Of a DNA stretch of 24,462 nt, positions 1 to 5,788 are shown in pieces. The DNA comes from a virus (taxonomy: Duplodnaviria; Caudoviricetes), in the IMG/VR virus record IMGVR_UViG_3300032561_000122, positions 1-24,462 of that record, one strand, 5' to 3'. Position 1 is the first letter of the stretch, and the number at the start of each line of letters is the position of its first letter. The notes under the pieces are model-generated. The model was given only the letters and a program-made list of their open reading frames with translations. It searched no databases and had not been told where the DNA came from. Position numbers and translations under genes: made by a program.

Positions 1-2
1 AG

Positions 3-194
3 CTCTACACCACACCACAACGCACATTTGTAGGATTGACAGATGAAGACATGAATAAGGCTTTAGATTATTGGTCTGACGATTCTCGAAGTGCATATGG
101 TGGTGCTCATAGTGCATCAGGTGAATATGTAGACATGATTGAAACATGGCGTTACATCGAAGCCATGCTGAAAGAAAAAAATAATTATGCGTAA
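3..194 (+). CDS. 3' end of a small hypothetical phage protein (partial), convergent with the endolysin
   Basis: Not in the ORF track. Frame 3 is open from the window edge: LYTTPQRTFVGLTDEDMNKALDYW...WRYIEAMLKEKNNYA*, with TAA at 192-194 overlapping the endolysin 3' end by 10 nt. The 'LYTTPQRTxVGLTDE...IEAxLKEKN' pattern resembles a common small phage protein type. Confidence 0.75.
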   Translation, partial: LYTTPQRTFVGLTDEDMNKALDYWSDDSRSAYGGAHSASGEYVDMIETWRYIEAMLKEKNNYA

Positions 195-613
195 GGTCTT
201 GTGCCTGTCTTATCAATGATAAGAGCTTGTCTTCTAGGTTTACCATTAGGATCATTAGGAACGCTGATATGTGTCCAACGATCAAATTCACGAATTACTT
301 GGTCAAATGGTAAATCACTTTTAATGATTGTTTGAACAACTTGATCCGGTGTCATTCCGGGAATTCTTAGGTCAGCCGCACACCCTACACGATGTTGAGA
401 TGTGTCTTTTGAACCAACAGCATCATTCACGGCCTTACTGCGAAATGCAGAATTAACCATTACTGGTTTGTTATCCAACAGTTTTTTAACGTCTTCAAGA
501 AATGTAGCCAAACGCAAAAGATTGGCTTTTTCTGATTCATTGGGAGTATTGTCAAATTCACGATGTTCTGTGATTGTCAATTCTTCAATTGTAAAGTGTT
601 CTGTGAGATTCAT
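185..613 (-). CDS. endolysin, peptidase M15 (M15A/Peptidase_M15_3-like Zn peptidase)
   Basis: Motifs HFTIEEL, NSAFRSKAVN.AVG, SQH..G.AAD and WTHIS supply the His/Asp/His zinc ligands. Last gene of the lysis cassette. Confidence 0.92.
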   Translation of the reverse strand: MNLTEHFTIEELTITEHREFDNTPNESEKANLLRLATFLEDVKKLLDNKPVMVNSAFRSKAVNDAVGSKDTSQHRVGCAADLRIPGMTPDQVVQTIIKSDLPFDQVIREFDRWTHISVPNDPNGKPRRQALIIDKTGTRPYA

Positions 614-1110
614 TATTTTGCGGGTGTTGATTGGTGAAGAAGAATGTCTTTGTTTTGGCTTGATGCAGAGCTACCAAAATAAAAAGCGATGATACCTGTC
701 CAAGCTGTTCCAAGAGATCCAAGCATAATCATTAGAGCTTGACTTGATGAATCAACTTTTCCGGTCATAAGACCACCAAGTATTCCAAAAAATCCAACTG
801 TGATAAGAATAGCAAGCAAAGGCGGTATAAAACTTTTAGTGTTTGATTGCATATCCCTAGCTGATTTGCGATCTTGTACGGCTAGTTGCTCAAAGTCTAA
901 TCCCAATTCTTGAGCTTTTGCTTTCAATGCAAGTTCAGCAGATTGAATGCCAGCTATTTGGTCGGCGGTGAGCTTTCCAGAGTTAATGGTGTCTTGAACA
1001 GCACTAGGATCAACGCCTATTGCTTTGGATACGGCTTCTACTGCCATGCCCGCCAATGGGCCTCCTAATGCGCTTGCGATGGTAGGGGCGATTGATTCGA
1101 TCCAACTCAT
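613..1110 (-). CDS. holin-like membrane protein (GTA 3TM-holin-like), 165 aa
   Basis: Start moved to ATG 1110 (GGAGG SD upstream; MSWIESIAPTIASALGGPLAG). It has a DRKSAR motif, two hydrophobic helices and a YFGSS motif, and lies directly upstream of the endolysin with a stop/start overlap. Confidence 0.8.
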   Translation of the reverse strand: MSWIESIAPTIASALGGPLAGMAVEAVSKAIGVDPSAVQDTINSGKLTADQIAGIQSAELALKAKAQELGLDFEQLAVQDRKSARDMQSNTKSFIPPLLAILITVGFFGILGGLMTGKVDSSSQALMIMLGSLGTAWTGIIAFYFGSSASSQNKDILLHQSTPAK

Positions 1111-1189
1111 TTTGTATCCTCCAAATGATATTTGCTCTTTTGATAATCTTGATGTACCCAATACATTAAACCGGCTATTTCCAATGTTA

Positions 1190-1681
1190 TCAAAAACACG
1201 GCAATAATGACGATTGCTCTAACTTGATACTTTTCAATAATTGCTCTACGTTTCCTAAGAGCTTCTTGTGCGGCTTTTTTGCCTCTCGCTCAGCGGCCTC
1301 CTGCTCCTTTCTGAGCTTTGCCCTTTCTTGTTCAAACTCTGTCCAAATCGCTCCCCAACCGGGCGTTTGGTAGATCAAAAAGTCTTTTAATTCTCTTTCC
1401 GATTCCTGCAATTGACGCAATTTCATAATATTGTCAAATGCACGTTTGTTCAGGCTTTCCCCTCTAGCAGGAGGTTTTTTCTTTGATTCTTCAACAGCTA
1501 CAGCCATTGCCTCGCTGTGTTCCATAAAAGCACCAATGTGCCCTGTAACTTCAGCAGTAATTTCAGCTACATCACCGCCAACTTCTTTGGCTTCTTTGTA
1601 CAGTTCTACGCATCTTTTGACCCCTGCTATTGCTCCTTGAGCCAACGAAAATGCGGCTGAAATGGAGATAGGATCAAGCAT
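1190..1681 (-). CDS. lysis-cassette coiled-coil protein, 163 aa in frame 0; 191-aa TM-anchored form to 1107 via a -1 shift
   Basis: N-terminal amphipathic helix (MLDPISISAAFSLAQGAIAGVK) and a charged coiled coil. GCA AAA AAG at 1282-1274; the -1 frame continues to TGA at 1109-1107. Confidence 0.75.
   Translation of the reverse strand: MLDPISISAAFSLAQGAIAGVKRCVELYKEAKEVGGDVAEITAEVTGHIGAFMEHSEAMAVAVEESKKKPPARGESLNKRAFDNIMKLRQLQESERELKDFLIYQTPGWGAIWTEFEQERAKLRKEQEAAEREAKKPHKKLLGNVEQLLKSIKLEQSSLLPCF
1274..1280 (-). promoter_or_regulatory. candidate -1 ribosomal frameshift heptamer A_AAA_AAG
   Basis: In-phase X_XXY_YYZ heptamer identical to the dnaX/IS3-family motif. The -1 frame is open for 55 more codons, and a GCTCT/AGAGC hairpin begins 11 nt downstream. 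Confidence 0.55.
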
Positions 1682-1682
1682 T

Positions 1683-1868
1683 TTATTTTCTCAAAACTAA
1701 CTCTAGCAGAAGTAAAATAATTGCGCCTGTTCCACCAATAAAGATGGTTTCCAAGCGTTTTAATCGAGCATTCACACCACGCATTTGCTGATCTATACCC
1801 TCATACCGAACAGCACATACATCAACGTGAGAGTCGATTTTCTTATCCACGTCTGCTAGAGTAGTCAT
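1683..1868 (-). CDS. small coiled-coil protein with C-terminal TM helix (XhlA-like/holin-like), 61 aa
   Basis: Start moved to ATG 1868, just after the upstream stop. MTTLADVDKKIDSHVDVCAVRYEGI...RLKRLE is followed by the hydrophobic IFIGGTGAIILLLLELVL. Confidence 0.7.
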   Translation of the reverse strand: MTTLADVDKKIDSHVDVCAVRYEGIDQQMRGVNARLKRLETIFIGGTGAIILLLLELVLRK

Positions 1869-1869
1869 T

Positions 1870-2094
1870 TTAAGCGGCAGGTGTTGCTTCGGCAGGAGCT
1901 TCAGCAGGTTGAGATGCGTTGGCGGCATCTTCCAAAGCCTTCATTTGTGCGCCTACAGCTTGTTGAAACATAATAACAAGCATAGCAGTCTCTGCCGATG
2001 GTTTTGAAGCAATATAGCCCCAAACTTGGTTAACCAAACTGGCGGGGATTGTAATGGGTTGATTTTGAAAAATTTGTTCAGGTGTTAGCATCAT
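1870..2094 (-). CDS. small fibre-associated helical protein with Pro/Ala-rich tail
   Basis: AAGGA SD. The core LVNQVWGYIASKP resembles ORF 5194-5340. Follows an S74-bearing fibre gene. Confidence 0.7.
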   Translation of the reverse strand: MMLTPEQIFQNQPITIPASLVNQVWGYIASKPSAETAMLVIMFQQAVGAQMKALEDAANASQPAEAPAEATPAA

Positions 2095-2105
2095 AGTTCC
2101 TTAAA

Positions 2106-2121
2106 ATGGCGAAATTGCCAT
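2106..2121. promoter_or_regulatory. imperfect palindrome (operator or 5' hairpin) at the predicted transcription start
   Basis: ATGGCGAAATTGCCAT has ATGGC/GCCAT arms and lies between the -10 box and the SD of the 74-aa ORF. Confidence 0.4.
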
Positions 2122-2125
2122 AACT

Positions 2126-2155
2126 ATTATATCAAGCAATGTTTGCGGCTTTCAA
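2126..2155 (-). promoter_or_regulatory. putative sigma70 promoter upstream of the lysis cassette
   Basis: Minus strand reads TTGAAA-N18-TATAAT with an extended -10 (TGaTATAAT). The TGA is the stop codon of the fibre gene. Confidence 0.6.
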
Positions 2156-4618
2156 GCGTGCTCTGAGAGATTTAAGCTCTGCAATGATATTAGCCATCAT
2201 TTCGGGAGTAGACAAATCAACCATTTGATAAACTGGATCACCTTTTGAATCAACTGCATTGGCTTCACCAACTACAGCATTAGAAACTACAGCTTGAACT
2301 TCATCTGCGATAAATCCTGTATCAGCTTGACCAGAGTTAGTCCATGTAAATGACCTTGGTTGCAAAGCGTCAATAACTGCACCACTATTGGTATAGTCTG
2401 TAATATTGGTTTTTAATCTGCGATCAGAAGTTGTTCCATAAAGTACACTTGATGATGTTGGTGAAGAAATTGCACCTGCAAGTGTAAAAGATGTTGGAGT
2501 TCCTGTATAAAAAATTGCATGATTAGATGACAAAGAATTTAGACAAGTAACTAAACCATTACCAACTGATGTTACATAAGCGCCATAACAATTTTCGGCT
2601 TGAACAAATACGGTTGTTGGACTTGAAAAAGTAGTTGCAGTACCAGAGCTTGTTATAGTCAAACTTTCAAATGGATAGCTTGAAGAACCCAAATTAACTG
2701 GAGCAGTTCCGCCAGAAGCACTTTGTGGAATAAAGTAAGTGTTTCCACCAGTTGTATATACATAGACGTTGGCTGAACTGTTACCAATACCAATAATATT
2801 GTTGGAAGTACCAATTCCATATACAGTACCAGTTGGGCCAGAAGTTCCCGATCCAATGGTTACGCTTGAAAAAGTTGCATCATTTGTAGAAGAACCACCG
2901 GCTGTAACAACTTGTTGTAATGTAGGCGTTGTACTAGTAGGAGTTGCCCAAGAACCATCATTTCTTAGGAAAGTTGATGTTGAACCTGTTGGAGCTGGAA
3001 TTGCATAATTGTTCCAATCAAACGTGCTTTGCAAATAAAAATTTGCCCATTGATAAGTTGAATTACCTAAAGTATAACTATTTGTTGTTGCAGGTATAAA
3101 AGCACCTCCATACAAATAAACTTGAGAAGTTGAATTGCCGATACCAATAACGCTACTTGATGCAGTCGCAATTCCATAAGCAGTTCCTGTTGGGCCAGTT
3201 GATCCTGAGCCAATAGTAACCGTAGAAAATGTTGCATCGTTTGTTGAAGAACCGCCAGCAATTACCACTTGTTGTAATGTAGGAACACCATTTAAAGGCG
3301 TATAGCCTAAAGCTGTTGTTACATCACTACTTGTTAAAGTTATTGCGCCTGTTCTTGTATTAAAGCTAGATACACCGCTACTACCAGATGCAGAAACCCA
3401 AGCTCCTTGTTGATTCAAAAATAATGATGCAGAGCCTGATGAAGAAGGAGGAGTTATCCCGCCAGAAACATTACCCCAATAAAAATTACTGCTAAGGTAT
3501 AAATTATTCCATTGGTAGGAAGATGTTCCTAAAGTAAACGATGAGGTTGTACTTGGAATGAAAGCACTTCCGTAAAGGTAAACTTGACCGCTTGAGTTGC
3601 CAATACCAATTACAGAGCTGGATGCCGTTGCAATTCCATAAGCTGTACCTGTTGGTCCTGCTGAACCAGAGCCGATTGTGACTGTTGAGAATGTAGCATC
3701 ATTTGTAGATGATCCACCTGCAACTACAACTTGCTGTAGCGTAGGAGTAGTAGCACTTGGAGGTAATGCCCACGTTCCATCATTTCTTAAAAATGTTGTT
3801 GTACTTCCTGTTGGCGCAGAAATAGAATAAGAACCCCAATTTAATGTTGTAGCCAAATATAAAGATGACCAATAAAAATTTGATGATCCTAAAGATATGT
3901 TTTGATTGGTTGTCGATGTAGTTGTAAAAGGCAAAAATGATGCGCCTGATAAAACAACTGTATTTGGCGAACCACCACCTAAATTATTTTGCATCCCTAT
4001 ATATGGTGTTTGCGTTGCCATTCCATATACAGTTACACCAGTTTGAAAATTAACTTGATCTCCTAAACTTAATGATGTTGTTGGTGATGTTGAATTATTG
4101 CAAGCAACAGAAATTCCTAATGTTGTAAATGCTCCAGTATTTGTAACTGTTTGAAGCGTAGGAGTTCCAGTACCGGCAGGAATAACCCAATTGCCATTGG
4201 CATTTAAAAAATATGTTGCACCACCCGAAGGTACAGACATTGTTGTTCCCGACCATGTAAATGTACTTGTAATTGTCGGTGTAGTTAATGATGCTCCTGT
4301 AGCAAGGGCTAAAACTGTTCCTGTGCCGGTTGTTGTATAAGATGTGCCCCAAGCTGAACCTGTAGAATTTGCAATTCCTGCGGCTGGGTATGAACCTCCG
4401 CCACCGCCAGTTGCGCTAAGTGTTCCACCAGAAAATGTTAAATTTGAACCGATTGTTACACTACTAAAACCACCCGATCCATTGGCATAAAGAATGCTTG
4501 AACCTGTTGTTGGAGGAGCATACGAAGTACCAGAACCACTATAAACAAAAGCGTTTACAGCATTAAGCCAACTTGCGGGAATAACGGTTGAATAGTCTAC
4601 AAATGTAATTGATGCCAT
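2132..4618 (-). CDS. tail fibre / receptor-binding protein 2 with C-terminal intramolecular chaperone (peptidase S74)
   Basis: Ser/Thr/Gly-rich with internal repeats. The C-terminal SDRRLKTNI...GFIADEV...LKSLRARL is the S74 signature. Confidence 0.88.
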   Translation of the reverse strand: MASITFVDYSTVIPASWLNAVNAFVYSGSGTSYAPPTTGSSILYANGSGGFSSVTIGSNLTFSGGTLSATGGGGGSYPAAGIANSTGSAWGTSYTTTGTGTVLALATGASLTTPTITSTFTWSGTTMSVPSGGATYFLNANGNWVIPAGTGTPTLQTVTNTGAFTTLGISVACNNSTSPTTSLSLGDQVNFQTGVTVYGMATQTPYIGMQNNLGGGSPNTVVLSGASFLPFTTTSTTNQNISLGSSNFYWSSLYLATTLNWGSYSISAPTGSTTTFLRNDGTWALPPSATTPTLQQVVVAGGSSTNDATFSTVTIGSGSAGPTGTAYGIATASSSVIGIGNSSGQVYLYGSAFIPSTTSSFTLGTSSYQWNNLYLSSNFYWGNVSGGITPPSSSGSASLFLNQQGAWVSASGSSGVSSFNTRTGAITLTSSDVTTALGYTPLNGVPTLQQVVIAGGSSTNDATFSTVTIGSGSTGPTGTAYGIATASSSVIGIGNSTSQVYLYGGAFIPATTNSYTLGNSTYQWANFYLQSTFDWNNYAIPAPTGSTSTFLRNDGSWATPTSTTPTLQQVVTAGGSSTNDATFSSVTIGSGTSGPTGTVYGIGTSNNIIGIGNSSANVYVYTTGGNTYFIPQSASGGTAPVNLGSSSYPFESLTITSSGTATTFSSPTTVFVQAENCYGAYVTSVGNGLVTCLNSLSSNHAIFYTGTPTSFTLAGAISSPTSSSVLYGTTSDRRLKTNITDYTNSGAVIDALQPRSFTWTNSGQADTGFIADEVQAVVSNAVVGEANAVDSKGDPVYQMVDLSTPEMMANIIAELKSLRARLKAANIA
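2640..4165 (-). repeat. four tandem ~120-155 aa modules in fibre 2 (PTLQQVVxAGGSSTNDATF...; boundaries approximate)
   Basis: PTLQ starts near 4163, 3748, 3286 and 2929. Copies 2-4 are near-identical over ~50 aa, and FLRNDGxW/FLNxxGxW linkers lie between modules. Confidence 0.85.
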
Positions 4619-4627
4619 TTTTAATCC

Positions 4628-5197
4628 TTAGAATGTTATCGAACCTGATGAGGTGAATGTATATATGATATATCCATTGGCTGTAGTTTGCGTTGGGCTT
4701 CCAGTAGTTGATGCTGTTAGTTTATAGATGTTAGGGTAACGGATTATGACAATACCTGAACCGCCATTGTATCCAGTACCAGAACCACCTTCGCCGCCAG
4801 TTGTGTCAGAACGACCTCCTCCACCACCAGAACCCCCAGAAGCACCAGCGGTTTGGTATCCAGAACCACCACCACCACCACTTGCAGTAAAGTTTCCAAA
4901 TACTGAATTACCGCCAGAAGAACCTGCGGCGGCTGTTGTTGATCCGTTTCCACCGCTTTCAACTGTAACTGTAATTGATGATCCTTGTGGAACGCCAGTC
5001 AATCCTGCAAGCAATCCTCCACCGCCTCCGCCTCCGCCATTACCCCCACCTCCCCCACATTCTTTAGCCAAAGCAACAGTATTGTCAGTAAATCCTGTGT
5101 CACCAATAATGATTAAATCGGCATCTTTGGCAGAATCACAAAACCTTTTGACAAACTGTTCTTCGTTCTTAGATATAGCGTATACAGCTATTTTCAT
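4628..5197 (-). pseudogene. chimeric ORF: GT2 glycosyltransferase N-terminus fused to a Gly-rich virion-protein C-terminus
   Basis: Residues 1-48, MKIAVYAISKNEEQFVKRFCDS...DTGFTDNT, match a GT2 N-terminus but lack the DxD and the rest of the fold. Poly-Gly, GGSGIVIIRYP and YTFTSSGSITF follow. The frame is intact, so it may still be translated. Confidence 0.65.
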
Positions 5198-5340
5198 TCT
5201 AAAGATGTAGGAGGTGTTTGTTGGTTTGCTGCCTCTTTTTGAATAGCCTCAATCAATTGAAAGACTTCTTGAAAGGGTTTAGTTCCCAAGTACGCCATGA
5301 TGTTGTTCACGAGTGTGGTTGATAAAGTTACTTTGTCCAT
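5194..5340 (-). CDS. small fibre-associated helical protein, 48 aa (below ORF-track cutoff)
   Basis: MDKVTLSTTLVNNIMAYLGTKPFQEVFQLIEAIQKEAANQQTPPTSLE*. AAGGA SD; its TGA overlaps the next ATG (ATGA). Confidence 0.8.
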   Translation of the reverse strand: MDKVTLSTTLVNNIMAYLGTKPFQEVFQLIEAIQKEAANQQTPPTSLE

Positions 5341-5342
5341 TT

Positions 5343-5429
5343 TTATCCTTTAGAAATTAAAATTCCCATTGCGTAACCAATTATAAAAGCCACCATTGGA
5401 TGACAAATAAACTTGATTACTTTTGTCAT
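5343..5429 (-). CDS. 28-aa hydrophobic microprotein
   Basis: MTKVIKFICHPMVAFIIGYAMGILISKG*. Its ATG overlaps the upstream TGA (ATGA) and its TAA ends 2 nt before the next ATG, so it fills the gap exactly. Confidence 0.6.
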   Translation of the reverse strand: MTKVIKFICHPMVAFIIGYAMGILISKG

Positions 5430-5773
5430 GCCGTCTGCCAAGGAAGTGGGGGCTGAATCACTACGGGATTGATTTGTGATGCTAAATTTGCATTAATTGC
5501 AGTCTCTGTGGCTGTCTGGTTCACACCTGATGCCCAAACCCAATTGTTGACTTCTGCTTGCGTTAAACTTGCAAAAGGTATGAAATTAGGGTCTCCAGCA
5601 GGAGGCTCTGTGAACGAGCAAGTTCCATAAATAGAATTGCTATATTCTTTCCCATTGGCTGTTTCAGTACCTGTACACCTCCAACCTGCTGTGACTACAA
5701 CAGATGTAAATCCATTGATTGTCTGCGTTGAAGTTGATAGCCAATCTGTTGTCCAAGTTATTGTTGCTGACAT
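5426..5773 (-). CDS. fibre-associated hypothetical protein (possible assembly factor)
   Basis: AAAGGA SD. Motifs VVVTAGWRCTG, FIPFASLT...WVW and PPLPW are typical of small proteins that follow phage fibre genes. Confidence 0.75.
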   Translation of the reverse strand: MSATITWTTDWLSTSTQTINGFTSVVVTAGWRCTGTETANGKEYSNSIYGTCSFTEPPAGDPNFIPFASLTQAEVNNWVWASGVNQTATETAINANLASQINPVVIQPPLPWQTA

Positions 5774-5788
5774 GATATTTCCTTTAGG

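Noticed and set aside
1111-1161. N-terminal extension of the holin in the ORF track
   Set aside because: The GGAGG SD and ATGA overlap point to 1110. Upstream starts at 1928, 15064, 22748 and 24157 were trimmed on similar grounds.
4628-5197. Functional glycosyltransferase
   Set aside because: Only ~48 aa of the GT2 fold remain and the DxD region is missing.
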